A stretch of 64,000 nt of DNA from an uncultured Nitrososphaerota archaeon (GCA_963703285.1 OY969807.1:1152001-1216000); one strand, 5' to 3'. Shown: positions 39,282 to 49,547, counted from the first letter of the stretch. The notes: generated by a model from the letters alone, not told the origin. Numbers and translations are program-made.

Positions 39282-39587
39282 TTAGAAGCCGTGGCCGTGG
39301 CTGCACGCGTGCTGCGCAAAGTACTGCTCGTGCCCCGCTGCCGCCTGACAGGTCCCTTTGCAGCCGTCCGGGCAAATCGGGTTCATCTGGCAGTGAAGGC
39401 CGCCCGGGTGAGGGATCCCGCAGCCCACCCCCAGGCACGTACAGGCCGCTCCGCACAACATCATCTTCTGGTAGGCGGGGGTAGTCAGCCAGGCGTACCC
39501 CGTGACGATCTTGTAGTGAGACCTTAGCAGGGCCCACTCCTGCTCTCTCGTTAGCTTCTTGCCAGCCACGCGTCTCTTCGCAGGCAT
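39282..39587 (-). CDS. Cys/His-rich small protein
   Basis: Basic N-terminus followed by 9 Cys and several His in the last about 57 aa. Confidence 0.6.
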   Translation of the reverse strand: MPAKRRVAGKKLTREQEWALLRSHYKIVTGYAWLTTPAYQKMMLCGAACTCLGVGCGIPHPGGLHCQMNPICPDGCKGTCQAAAGHEQYFAQHACSHGHGF

Positions 39588-39619
39588 ATCCCACGCTCGA
39601 CTACATTTCGTATGTTGTT

Positions 39620-40108
39620 TTATTTAAGCTCAAGCAAACCGGCCAGCTCCTCAATCTCCTCCCCTCCCACCTTCGTTGCGGTCTCGCCGGGGAAGCTGAA
39701 CCCGTACTTCCGGTAGAACGAGATGCCCTTCTCGTTGTGCTTCGCCACGTTCAAGACCAGCCTGCTGGCGCCAGGAAACTGTCCCACAAGGTAGTCCATC
39801 AGCTGTCTTCCGATACCTCGCCTCTGCGACAAGGGCAGGACGTAGAGCTGGAAGACCCTCACGGTATCTGAGTCAACGCTCGCCACCCTGGCCATCCCGA
39901 CGAGCTCGCCGCCTTCCCTGAATCCGAGGAAGAGCACGTCCTTGTTCTTCATCTGGCGACGGAGGGTCTCGGCGCTGTGCCAGACGTTGCTTGCTGTGTT
40001 GATGATCGAGTCTGAGAGTATACCGCCGTAGGTGTCAGCCCACGTTACCTTGAGCAGGTCGTGGACTTCTTCCGCGTCGCGTTCGTCCAGCCTGACTATC
40101 TCACCCAA
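39620..40108 (-). CDS. GNAT acetyltransferase
   Basis: LYVLP..QRRGIG, NEKGISFYRKYGF. Confidence 0.9.
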   Translation of the reverse strand: MGEIVRLDERDAEEVHDLLKVTWADTYGGILSDSIINTASNVWHSAETLRRQMKNKDVLFLGFREGGELVGMARVASVDSDTVRVFQLYVLPLSQRRGIGRQLMDYLVGQFPGASRLVLNVAKHNEKGISFYRKYGFSFPGETATKVGGEEIEELAGLLELK

Positions 40109-40120
40109 GTGGAACCATCC

Positions 40121-40534
40121 TCACGATATCTCGAACTCGTTTCCGTCGAGGTCCTTGAGGATGGCATACTTCCCCCAGCTCGTTGTTTTCAGCTGCTCAG
40201 AGAACCCAACACCTCTGGCAGTTAGCTCAAGGTACGTCCTCTCCACACCCTCGGGATCGCTGGAAGGTACGACGACCCCAGTCTTCTCGTCCCTTCGAAG
40301 CCTGACCTCGCCGCACTGGAGCCAGATTCCGGTTCGCCCCCCGGGTCCGTCGTCCCCCCAATCGTCGCAGCGGCCGCACAGGTGGATCAGGGTAGCGTGG
40401 GAGCCCTTCGGCCTGACGAACACGGCGTGGCCCTCCGATCCGACTACCTCGAAGCCGAGCCTGTCGCGGTAACATTCTGCCGATAGCCTCGCGTCTTCGA
40501 CCAGGACCGCCACGGAACCGACGCCATCGATCAT
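40121..40534 (-). CDS. VOC/glyoxalase family protein
   Basis: V.V.V.D.....YRDRLGF and WGKYAILKDLDGNEFEI. Confidence 0.85.
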   Translation of the reverse strand: MIDGVGSVAVLVEDARLSAECYRDRLGFEVVGSEGHAVFVRPKGSHATLIHLCGRCDDWGDDGPGGRTGIWLQCGEVRLRRDEKTGVVVPSSDPEGVERTYLELTARGVGFSEQLKTTSWGKYAILKDLDGNEFEIS

Positions 40535-40618
40535 GAATCTCGGACACCGCTCACTGACTATAAGCGTTGGCGGAGTGACCGGTTCGACGTTCGCGCGGAC
40601 AGCAGGAGATATAAGCGA

Positions 40619-41163
40619 TTGACCCAATCGACAGATGGTCGTCCGTTGGCAAGATGGGAGTGCTACCGGTGCTCTTACGTGGTCGAGACGGAAAATCCGC
40701 CGGACGAATGTCCCAGTTGCAACTACTCAGTGAGCTTCTGGATAAGCCAGCCCCAGGAGAGGAAGTTGACGCTGAAGGATTTTGTGAGGAGAAACCTGCT
40801 CAAGCTCGACGGAGACGAGTCTGTCAGCCAGGCGGCTAAGCTGATGAGGGAGCACGACACCGAGAACGTTCTGGTCACAATCGACGGCGAGCTCGCGGGG
40901 ATGGTTACCGAGAGGGACATACTCACAAAGGTCGCGGCGGAGGACCTACTCGCTTCCCAGGTTCCACTGAGGAAGGTCATGACGTCCCTTGTGACCGCAC
41001 CGTCCGAGACACCCGTGACCGACGCGCTGAAGATGATGGCCGCGCGCCACATCAGGCGACTGATCGTGACCGAGGGCGGTCACCCGATAGGCGTGGTGAG
41101 CCATAGGTCGATCCTGGGGGAAGCTTCCGCGCTACCGGAGAGGGCGCCAAGACGCCCAACTGA
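40619..41163 (+). CDS. Rubredoxin-like plus CBS-pair protein (probable frameshift at G run 41116-41120)
   Basis: WECYRC...PPDECPSC, then GMVTERD and HIRRL CBS motifs; adding one G gives a stop at 41163. Confidence 0.78.
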
Positions 41164-41196
41164 CTTGGCCTCTATGGAAGCGGCCGCTCGGCCGTC

Positions 41197-41442
41197 TCAG
41201 CGTCCGACCGAGCGCTCGTCAGAAGAGTCACGGCCTGGCCTGGCGCTTCCGGACGGCTTCGCGACCGTGGCCCTGCGGACGGTCGATTTCCCGAGGCACT
41301 TCTTGCAAACGCAGTCGTCCGCCTTGTTCCGGATCTCGACCAAGGTCCGACCTTCGACCAGGACAGATGAGCACCAGCAGTCGGCGGTGCCCGAGCATTC
41401 GAAGCGAACGCCGCACACGCCACAGGTGACAGTTCTTGGCAA
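41197..41442 (-). CDS. Cysteine-rich CWC family protein
   Basis: CGVCG..FEC...CWC...CVCKKCL. Confidence 0.78.
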   Translation of the reverse strand: MPRTVTCGVCGVRFECSGTADCWCSSVLVEGRTLVEIRNKADDCVCKKCLGKSTVRRATVAKPSGSARPGRDSSDERSVGR

Positions 41443-41497
41443 GACGGCCTTTCTCGTCCAGGTTCGCTCTAAAGCATTGTGACGGCCTGCACTGACG

Positions 41498-42847
41498 CTA
41501 GTAGGCTATCGAAGCGAGAATCGTGGGGAGGAAGACCAAGGAGAGAATCAAGACGACCATCACGACCGAGCAGATTGTGGTCAGGAGCTTCGCCCTCGCC
41601 TCGAACCAACTCCTCCCGCAGTGCCCCAGCCATGCCTGAAGGGCCTGGCCCCCGTCGAGCGGATAGAGGGGTATCGCGTTGAAGAGCGCCAGGTTCACGT
41701 TGATGAAGAATATCCAGAAGAGCACGAGCGCGATCGGATACCACGATCCCCCCAGGACCGGCGAGGAGTAGTCAATATGCAGCGTGTCCGAGAAGGGGAC
41801 GATCGTCTCGGCCTGAGGTAAGATCCCAGGGACGATGAGGTAGAGGAGCGGGTCGTGCGCGTAGGCGCCGGCGTAGGTGTTCCTGACCGTGGACAGGTTC
41901 TCGCCGCTCACGTCGACACCGATGAACCCTATGCTCTCGTTGTCCGGATTGGCTCCGAGCGTGATCGGGTATGTGTTCGTCTGGCCGTCGTGGCTGATGG
42001 AGAGCTGCAGCGTCTCGTTCGGCTTCGTCCCCGCCATGAAGTTCGCCAGGACCTGCTCGGAGTAGACCTGCGTGCCGTTGACCGCGGTTATGAAGTCGCC
42101 GGACTGGAGGTGGCCCTCGCCGTGCAGCTCGTAGGCAGGGCTGGAAGAGGAGTACTGCGTTATCAGCACCCCGCTGGACAGGGGGACGAGGCCCCCAAGG
42201 AGCAGGACAAGAAGGATCAGGGCGGCGCCGCCGACTATCGTGTTACTCCCCGGGCCCGCGGCCAGTATCCTTACGGAGTCCCTGGGTCGAAGCTTCTGCA
42301 TCAGCTTCTCGTCGAGCTCGACGAACGCCCCGATAGGGATGAAGAGGAAGAACACCAGCCCGGTGGACGTCACCGAGAGCTTGAGCCTGCGCGCCATCAC
42401 GCCGTGGCTCCCCTCGTGCACCACCACCGCGACAACTATCCCGATTATTCCGTAGAGGACCGGGATGTACCGGTTAATCCCCGGAAGAAGGAGGAAGTCG
42501 TTCAGGGCGGGCGCGCTTCCCGTGACCAGGTTGTTCGCGTGGCACTGGGCCGCCGGGGCGGCCCCGAAGGCGCAGCGAATGGCGAGGCTGCTGCTCAGAA
42601 GGGCGTAATTCTCGTCGAGCATGATCCAGATCATGAACGCGCCGGCCGCCAGCATTATGGCGATGTACAGCCACCCAATGTCGGAGAAGATTCTGAAGCG
42701 GGCGAAGTCATCGAGGACCTTGAGCAGCCTCTTGGTCCTGACCATCACGAGCCCCAGGTTGAAGGTCACCGCCTTCTCTTCAGCTCCTTCCTCCGGCTCC
42801 GAGACCGCGGCGCCTCCCTGGCCTTCCTCGGGGTTCGGATCTGACAA
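41498..42847 (-). CDS. Site-2 protease (M50) with PDZ domain
   Basis: HEGSH, GAFVE, AAGP, GDFITAVNG, NAIPLYPLDGG. Confidence 0.92.
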   Translation of the reverse strand: MSDPNPEEGQGGAAVSEPEEGAEEKAVTFNLGLVMVRTKRLLKVLDDFARFRIFSDIGWLYIAIMLAAGAFMIWIMLDENYALLSSSLAIRCAFGAAPAAQCHANNLVTGSAPALNDFLLLPGINRYIPVLYGIIGIVVAVVVHEGSHGVMARRLKLSVTSTGLVFFLFIPIGAFVELDEKLMQKLRPRDSVRILAAGPGSNTIVGGAALILLVLLLGGLVPLSSGVLITQYSSSSPAYELHGEGHLQSGDFITAVNGTQVYSEQVLANFMAGTKPNETLQLSISHDGQTNTYPITLGANPDNESIGFIGVDVSGENLSTVRNTYAGAYAHDPLLYLIVPGILPQAETIVPFSDTLHIDYSSPVLGGSWYPIALVLFWIFFINVNLALFNAIPLYPLDGGQALQAWLGHCGRSWFEARAKLLTTICSVVMVVLILSLVFLPTILASIAY

Positions 42848-42998
42848 GATTCTGACTGTGAAAGGGCTGGCCGGCGGGAGAGAGATAATAACTGTGCGCA
42901 CGCCGGAGGCGGATCGCACCACGCCCAGACGCGATCGTCGTATGCACCAGCTAAATAGTCGGCCGGCTCTTCATGCCGCTCGGTTGCCCGTCTCGAGG

Positions 42999-43244
42999 AT
43001 GGCGCGGTTCATCGTCCTCTACTATTCCCACATACTTACGACCATCCCGATCCCGCTGGCGCTTCTCATCATCAACCTGGTGAGCCCGCAGGGTGCGCTC
43101 GCCCTGGTCCTCCTTCTCGCAGGCTTCTGGACCCTTGTCGGGGGCGTTACGATGGTGTCGAAGGACTTGAAACAGCTGAGAAGGCTCTACCTTGTCATGG
43201 GGGTCGTGCTGATGCTGGTCTCGCCTGCCGCGCTTCTGCTCTGA
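42999..43244 (+). CDS. Small 3-TM protein
   Basis: Hydrophobic 81-aa ORF. Confidence 0.6.
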   Translation: MARFIVLYYSHILTTIPIPLALLIINLVSPQGALALVLLLAGFWTLVGGVTMVSKDLKQLRRLYLVMGVVLMLVSPAALLL

Positions 43245-43260
43245 GAGTCGCGCAACTGGT

Positions 43261-44238
43261 TCACTCCGCCTCCTCGACCCTCTTGAGGACGCGGAGCGCG
43301 CTGAGGGTGATCCACTTGCTCGGCCTCCCGGCTCTCTCCAGCGAGAAGGGCTTGACTCTCCGTTTCAGGTTGTTCTTCCCCCAGGCGTAGCTGGCGGGAT
43401 CGGGGTGGACCCTGTCGAGGATCCACGTGCCATCCGGAAGCCGTTTGCGCTTCAAGATGTCCAAGGCGGGTCCGAGGCGCCTGTCGCCAGCATAGCCGAG
43501 GCTGGTGATGACGTCGAGTCCGACGAGGACGTCGTAGTAGTAGTGCACGGGGTAGTGGAACCTGAACCAGGGCCTGTACTTTGGCCCTCCTTCGTCGAAG
43601 AGCCTGCGTTCCAGGTAGAACTCCGCGCCGCGCTCGATGGAGCCCTTGATCCGCCTGGTCCTCTTGGTTTCCGGGAGAGCGGCGAAGGCAGCGAGAGCCT
43701 CCCAGCAGTCGAGCGTCCCCTTCCTGGGGTCCCAGCAGTGCCAGCCACCGTCCTCCTTCTGGTCCTCCAGGAGGCGTTCGAAGAGTTTCCAGACCCGGGG
43801 GTCGTCCGCGTAGCCGAAGCGAGTCATCATCCGGGCGGCGTTCCCGACTATGCAGACCTCCTCCCCGGAGATGTCCTTCTCCCCTTCCCCAAGCCACTCC
43901 TCGAAGAAGAGGTCCGCGGTCTTCTTGACGTGAGGGTCCTCCCTGGTCAGCCCAAGGTCGGAGAGAACGAGCGACATCCAGTTTGTTGCCGTGTACTTCG
44001 GCCTGTAGAGCGACTTGCGCGACTCCCAGTACCCCCCGGGCTTTTGCTTCGACAGGATGCTGCGCGCCCATCCCTTCGTCGGAATCTCGGCGCGCGCTCG
44101 CTCGGCCCGCGGGTCGCCCGCACCGACCCCGTGGAGGTCCAGCAGGGCGCGATACCGGACAGCCGGCTGTCCCTCTTCGAGAAGCCAGTCGTCGACCGAC
44201 CAAGGAGCCTTCGTCAACAGCTTCGTCTCCAACGACAC
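43261..44238 (-). CDS. Prenyltransferase/squalene-oxidase-repeat-like alpha-barrel protein
   Basis: QW-like motifs QKPGGYW, QKEDGGW and RLPDGTW; PSKWITL..LRVL. Confidence 0.7.
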   Translation of the reverse strand: MSLETKLLTKAPWSVDDWLLEEGQPAVRYRALLDLHGVGAGDPRAERARAEIPTKGWARSILSKQKPGGYWESRKSLYRPKYTATNWMSLVLSDLGLTREDPHVKKTADLFFEEWLGEGEKDISGEEVCIVGNAARMMTRFGYADDPRVWKLFERLLEDQKEDGGWHCWDPRKGTLDCWEALAAFAALPETKRTRRIKGSIERGAEFYLERRLFDEGGPKYRPWFRFHYPVHYYYDVLVGLDVITSLGYAGDRRLGPALDILKRKRLPDGTWILDRVHPDPASYAWGKNNLKRRVKPFSLERAGRPSKWITLSALRVLKRVEEAE

Positions 44239-44257
44239 CGACGAGATGATGGCTCGC

Positions 44258-44977
44258 TCATATCAATGCAGCCAACACGACGGCCATGATGCCGGTCAGA
44301 AATATCCCATCGAACGTCCCGGCACCGCCTATACTTTCCATCTCCGCTCCGGAATGGTCTGCGTGGCGGAGGTTCGTGAGGTCGGCGCCGATCAGGCACC
44401 CGAGCGTCCCGCAGATGTAGGCGACCACCGCGGGCTGGCCGGGCATCACTACGTACGCTACTACCACAGCGAACAGGGGCGGAAGAAACGCGGGGGTGAC
44501 GATGCCCACCCCGTCAATCTTCCTCGCAACGAGATGGATCAGGACCGATGTGATCACTGTTCCCACGAGGGCGGCCAGCAGGAGCGAGAGAGGGTGGGTC
44601 GCCAACAGGTAGATCGAGACGAGCACAGGAATTATGCCTCCGCCGAGGTTGACGGCTATGGTGGTCGAGACCATCCTCACCACCCTCCTCGGTATCCTGT
44701 AGGTCATCCAGAACGCCCTCACCTCCTGAACTACGACCATGGGCACGGACGCCTTGACGCTGTAGAGGGGAATGTCGACGGCGCTTCCCAGCAGCGTGGC
44801 GGTCAGTATGAGCGCGAATTCAAGCGGGGTGAACCCGATCCTCTCGAACGCGAATTCGCTGACCCCCAGGAAGAGGAGGACCACGGCTGCCGTGAGGAGC
44901 AACGCGAGCAGGATGAGGAGGGGGCTTCTGTGGTGGCTGCGGTGCACCCAGACAGCGGGGTATTCGTCCTCGCTCAT
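44258..44977 (-). CDS. DUF1614 membrane protein
   Basis: IAVNLGGGIIP, IGADL, SIGGAGTFDGIFLTGI. Confidence 0.88.
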   Translation of the reverse strand: MSEDEYPAVWVHRSHHRSPLLILLALLLTAAVVLLFLGVSEFAFERIGFTPLEFALILTATLLGSAVDIPLYSVKASVPMVVVQEVRAFWMTYRIPRRVVRMVSTTIAVNLGGGIIPVLVSIYLLATHPLSLLLAALVGTVITSVLIHLVARKIDGVGIVTPAFLPPLFAVVVAYVVMPGQPAVVAYICGTLGCLIGADLTNLRHADHSGAEMESIGGAGTFDGIFLTGIMAVVLAALI

Positions 44978-45097
44978 GAACAGTGTCACCCGGGTTCGCG
45001 TGCAATTAGTCCTTTTCCTGTGCCTCCGTCTCCGGGCCGTATCGAGGAGAAGGTGCAAAGGTTCTTGTGAGGGGAACGGCATACGGATAGGTCGTCC

Positions 45098-46943
45098 ATG
45101 AGTCGGGCCTCTCGGCTCTTCCAGCCCATCAACCGGTTTATGCAGCAGAACTACCTCGGGAAGTGGACGCTGGTCGGCGTGCTCATCGGCACGATTGCTG
45201 GCCTGGGAGCCGTCGCCTTCTACTACGGAATCCTGCTCGTAACCCGCCTGATGCTCGGCGGAATCACCGGATTCTACCCTCCCAGCCCTTCGGGCGAGGC
45301 CGCGCTGGCCGCGAGCGTCCACCCCGATTTTCTGCTCGTGCCTCTCTCGACCATCTTGGGGGCTATCATAGCCGGCCTCATCGTCTACTCTTTTGCGCCG
45401 GAGGCCGAGGGCCACGGGACCGACGAGGCGATAGCTGCGTTCCACAGGAAGGACGGCAAAATCAGGCGCCGCATCCCCCTCGTGAAGGCGGTGGCGTCGA
45501 CCTTCACCCTAGGCTCGGGGGGAAGCGGAGGCAGGGAGGGACCGACCGCGCTCATAGGAGCCGGCTTCGGGTCCTTCATCGCCGACGCTCTGAAGCTCTC
45601 GGTCCGTGAGAGGCGGATTGCCGTGGCCGTGGGGCTCGGGGCAGGGATCGGTGCGATCTTCAAGGCACCCTTCGCGGGAGCGATACTCAGCGGGGAGATA
45701 CTCTACAGCGGCGGAGACTTCGAGGTCGAGGCCTTGGTCCCGTCCTTCATCGCCTCGCCGGCCGGATACCTGATCTTCGCGTCCTTCACAGGCTTCACAC
45801 CCATCTTCGGGAACTCCGTGTCCTACGCCTTCACGAACGCGAGCACCATTCCCCTCTACATAGCGCTGGGCCTGGGCTGCGGCCTCGTGGGAAGGGCCTA
45901 CTCGACGGCCTTCTACTCGGTCAAGGCCTTTTTCGGTTCGCTCTCCCTCCCGAAGTACTTCCGCCCCGCGCTGGGCGCCGCGGTGACCGGTGTCATCGGG
46001 ATATTCTTCCCCCAGGTCCTCGGCCTCGGGTATGGCTTCGAGCAGTTCCTCATCAACGGGAACCTCGGGGCGATAGCTCCGAACTTCTTCGCGCTCCCCA
46101 TCGTTGTGACCCTGCTGCTCGTCGTCGTCCTGAAGATAGTCGCGACTTCCTTCACGGTCGGGTCGGGAGGGAGCGCCGGCGTCTTCGCCCCCTCGATGGT
46201 CATCGGAGGTTTCCTCGGGGCGGTCTTCTGGGTCGCCGTCAACTACGCATTCCCCGGATGGATACCAGTCCCCGCCCCGCTGGTCATCGTGGGGATGATG
46301 GCCCTCTTCGGAGGGGTCGGCAGGGCGCCCATAGCGGTCATGCTGATGGTCAGCGAGATGACGGGGTCGCTCTCTCTCCTGGTGCCGGCCGTCGTCGCCG
46401 TGATAGTAGCATACTTCGTGGTCGGGCCCAAGCACACCATCTACAAGAGCCAGGTCCTCAACAGGGCGGAATCACCGGCCCACATGTTCGAGTACAGCAC
46501 GCCCCTGCTCACAAAGATCAGCGTGGCGCAGGCGATGAACCGCGAGGTGTATACGCTGACGCCGGTCGAGAGCGCTGACGACGCCTACAAGGCCATCGTC
46601 GACAAGAGCTGCTCGGCCGTCCTGGTGGTAGACGCAACCGGCGCGGTCGTCGGCATAGTGACCATGAGCGACCTGCTCAGGGTGCCCACCGAGAAGAGGC
46701 CGACGACGGATGTCGGATCCGTGATGACCAAGAACGTGGTGACGACGACGCCGGACGACAGCCTACTCGAGCGCGATGAACAAACTGGTCGCCAACGAGG
46801 TGGGACAGCTACCCGTCGTCGAGAAGGGGACGAACAGGCTCGTCGGGATGATGACGATGAAGGACGCGATCAGGACCTATGACAGCGTCGCTCACTGGAC
46901 CCCTCTCCCGGACTCCGCTCCGCCGGGCGGTTCCAGCAAGTGA
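45098..46943 (+). CDS. ClC chloride channel/transporter with CBS pair (frameshift near 46770)
   Basis: GHGTD, GREGP, GVFAP; the second CBS continues in another frame as AMNKLVANEVGQLPVV...LVGMMT to TGA 46943. Confidence 0.88.
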
Positions 46944-46947
46944 GCCG

Positions 46948-48039
46948 CTAGGTAGCGCCCGCTTCCTTCTCAAGCTCCTGCAGGTTTCCCGGGTCGCCCA
47001 GGACGAGGATGGTGTCGCCCTCGGTAAGGCGGAAGGCGGGGTCGAAGATGTTCTGGACCACGTTCGCGCCCCTCACCACCCCTATGACCACGGCGAGGCT
47101 GGAGACCTCCTGCAGCCCCTTGCCGATGAGCTTCGAGGACTTGAAGAGGGAAAAGCGCGCTATCTCCTTTGTACCTATCTCCTCGGAGAAGACCACGCCG
47201 ACCAGCTCCTTCGTAACGGCCGAGAGGGCCAGCAGGTGCCCCACCGTCACCGAGGAGGGGATAACGACGTCCGCGCCGGCGTTCTTCGCGGCCTCGATGA
47301 GCTCCGAGTCGTGCACGACGCTGACAATCCTGAGGTCGGGGCGGACCTTCCGCGCGCTGAGCGTTATCAGCATGTTCTTCGAATCGTCCTGGTGCGCGGC
47401 GATCAGCATACCGGCCCTCTCTATACCCGCGGCCTTGAGCGCCTCCATGGGCCTCGTCTCGTGCTCAAGCACCGCCATGACGCGATTCTTGATGAGGCTG
47501 TCGTACAGCTGAGGTTCGGTCGTCACGACCACATAGTCAAGCCCGAGTTCGTCCAGCTTCTCCATGACGTACTTCCCCAGGTGGCCGTAGCCGTAGACGA
47601 CCACGTGCCTCTTGATGTGCTTGGTCAGAGCCTGCTCTACCTTGCCCTTGGCGAGGTCCCCGTTCACGAAAGCCCCGACGGTTGCCTGGACGATTGACGC
47701 GCCCGCGCCGACCGAGACGATTATCATGACTATCAGGAGGACGGCCTCGGTGTGGTTGAGGGTCACGAAGTTCCCCCCGTTCGGCACGTAGAGCCCGATG
47801 GTGGTGATCGTCGAGACGGACGCCAGGAATGCGTTGACCGGCGGAAGCTTCCCGTAGTAGGAGAAGATCACAGCGCCCGAGACGAACATCGTGCCGAGTA
47901 TCGCGAGCTGCCTGTAGGCGACCTGTAGGAAGACGATGGGCTCATAGAGGCCCGCGTACAGGCTGAACCGCAGCTTCCTGCTCTCGCGCTTGAGCTTCAT
48001 GCGCTGCCCGTAGGGCAGGACCCTGTCCTCCGGATTCAC
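46948..48039 (-). CDS. 2-TM ion channel with TrkA-N (RCK) and TrkA-C domains
   Basis: TITTIG pore-loop, GYGHLG Rossmann motif, AGADVVI, EGDTILVLG. Confidence 0.85.
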   Translation of the reverse strand: MNPEDRVLPYGQRMKLKRESRKLRFSLYAGLYEPIVFLQVAYRQLAILGTMFVSGAVIFSYYGKLPPVNAFLASVSTITTIGLYVPNGGNFVTLNHTEAVLLIVMIIVSVGAGASIVQATVGAFVNGDLAKGKVEQALTKHIKRHVVVYGYGHLGKYVMEKLDELGLDYVVVTTEPQLYDSLIKNRVMAVLEHETRPMEALKAAGIERAGMLIAAHQDDSKNMLITLSARKVRPDLRIVSVVHDSELIEAAKNAGADVVIPSSVTVGHLLALSAVTKELVGVVFSEEIGTKEIARFSLFKSSKLIGKGLQEVSSLAVVIGVVRGANVVQNIFDPAFRLTEGDTILVLGDPGNLQELEKEAGAT

Positions 48040-48183
48040 AAGCCCGAGGGGCGAGGACTGGTTTTACGTCTTTCTCTTTTTCGTCCGAGGATCGCATCTG
48101 TCAGTTCGGCGAGTTGAAGATGCGCGCCTCGGCGTTGAAGGTGCGGTCTCCCGCATAAATACTGCTCTTCCGGGGAAATCCAC

Positions 48184-48456
48184 ATGACGAGTCCAGGGTC
48201 GTGGCAGGGTCCGGCGGGAGGAGGTCACGGAAGCCCGCTCGTGCCCATAGCTCTCTCGATTCTGGGCGTCGTCGCCTGGCTTGTCTTCATCCTGCTCTAC
48301 GCGCTCTTCTGGTCGAAGGGCTACGACCTGTTCCAGAACATCGTCGTGACCATCGCGTCGCTGCTAATCGTGGGTCTGCTCATTGGACTGATGTGGGTCG
48401 TCTGGGGGTTGAGGGTAGGACGGAGATGGGGAGCGGCTGGCTGGGCTGGTACTTGA
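48184..48456 (+). CDS. Small 2-TM protein
   Basis: WLVFILLYALFWS...FQNI...MWVVWG. Confidence 0.7.
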   Translation: MTSPGSWQGPAGGGHGSPLVPIALSILGVVAWLVFILLYALFWSKGYDLFQNIVVTIASLLIVGLLIGLMWVVWGLRVGRRWGAAGWAGT

Positions 48457-48515
48457 TTGGCCCTAGAGTGAGCCGAGCGGTATCACCGCGCCATGAAGGG
48501 GGTGAGTGACCGGCC

Positions 48516-48920
48516 TTGGCATCCTCTGACCAGTTCTCGGGCAGGAGGTACATAATCTTGGAGTGGTACAAGAAGGGGGGAGTACCAAGGCGCACTCCCG
48601 TCCAGTCAATCGAGCGCGACGGGATTCTCTACGTGCGAACAGGTCCCACGGCCTAGAAGGTCAGGCGGATACGCAGGAACCCCCACGTGCGCGTGGTGCT
48701 GTCTGACAGGAGAGGGAATCCCACCGGGACCAGGGTCGAGGCGGAGGCGAGCATCCTGGAGGGAGAGGAGGGTAATCGGATGCTGGAAGTCTTCAGGAAG
48801 GACTACGGGACCATCGGGTACTCGGTTGTGGGCCTCGTCGGCCGGATGAGAGGATTCAAGCAGATGACGACGGTCATCTCAATCAGGCTCCTGTCTCAGG
48901 CGAAACTTCCCAGCGCGTGA
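48516..48920 (+). pseudogene. PPOX-class F420-dependent oxidoreductase with in-frame TAG
   Basis: MASSDQFSGRRYIILEWYKKGG...TPV...LYVRT..A*KVRRIRRNPHV; TAG at 48654-48656. Confidence 0.75.
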
Positions 48921-49061
48921 TCCGGGAATGCGCCGTGTACGGGTCGGTCTCGTGCCGGGAGGATGAGTCCGGGACGCGCGGATATGACCTGGATGTCAGA
49001 AATGAGAATCGTACCCCGTGGTTATTTACTTCGAACTTTGGGTGATTTATGTCGACCATCG

Positions 49062-49547
49062 ATGAAAGCGTGCGTAATCTTCGATTCTCGCTACGGGAAT
49101 ACTGAGAAGATTGCAAGATCATTCGAAGTTGGGCTTCGCGAGGCCGGGATTGAGACCTTCTGCACCAGCGCTAGGAATGTAGTGGTGGACGCCTCGTTGG
49201 CCCAGTACGATTTGATCTGCGTCGGCGCCCCGACGGAATGGCGTACGGCGTCCAGGTCGGCGAGAAAGCTCCTGGCGAAGTTCAAGAGGGTTAATCTGTC
49301 CGGGAAGTATGGCTTCGCCTTCGACACGAGGTACGCCTCCCGACTCTCCGGGAGCGCGGCGAAGCTGATCGAGAGGGAGCTGAAGGACCGTGGCATCGTG
49401 GCGATCGCCTCATACGAGTCGGCAATCGTCTCCCGCGTTAGGGGCGGTGCGATCCTGCTCGAGGAGGGAGAAGAGGAGCGGTTCAAGTGCATTGGGGCGC
49501 GGGTAGGAGCGACCCTCGCAGCCAGGGGAACGATCGCTCCTGCGTGA
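49062..49547 (+). CDS. Flavodoxin-family protein
   Basis: FDSRYGNTEKIA, VGAPT, FAFDT. Confidence 0.85.
   Translation: MKACVIFDSRYGNTEKIARSFEVGLREAGIETFCTSARNVVVDASLAQYDLICVGAPTEWRTASRSARKLLAKFKRVNLSGKYGFAFDTRYASRLSGSAAKLIERELKDRGIVAIASYESAIVSRVRGGAILLEEGEEERFKCIGARVGATLAARGTIAPA

Noticed and set aside
45040-45097. Fluoride riboswitch upstream of the ClC gene
   Set aside because: No GGCGATGG-type crcB consensus, and the protein lacks CLC-F signature motifs.
44258-45445. 395-aa version of the DUF1614 ORF
   Set aside because: The extension is antisense to the ClC gene; the real start is more likely ATG 44977.
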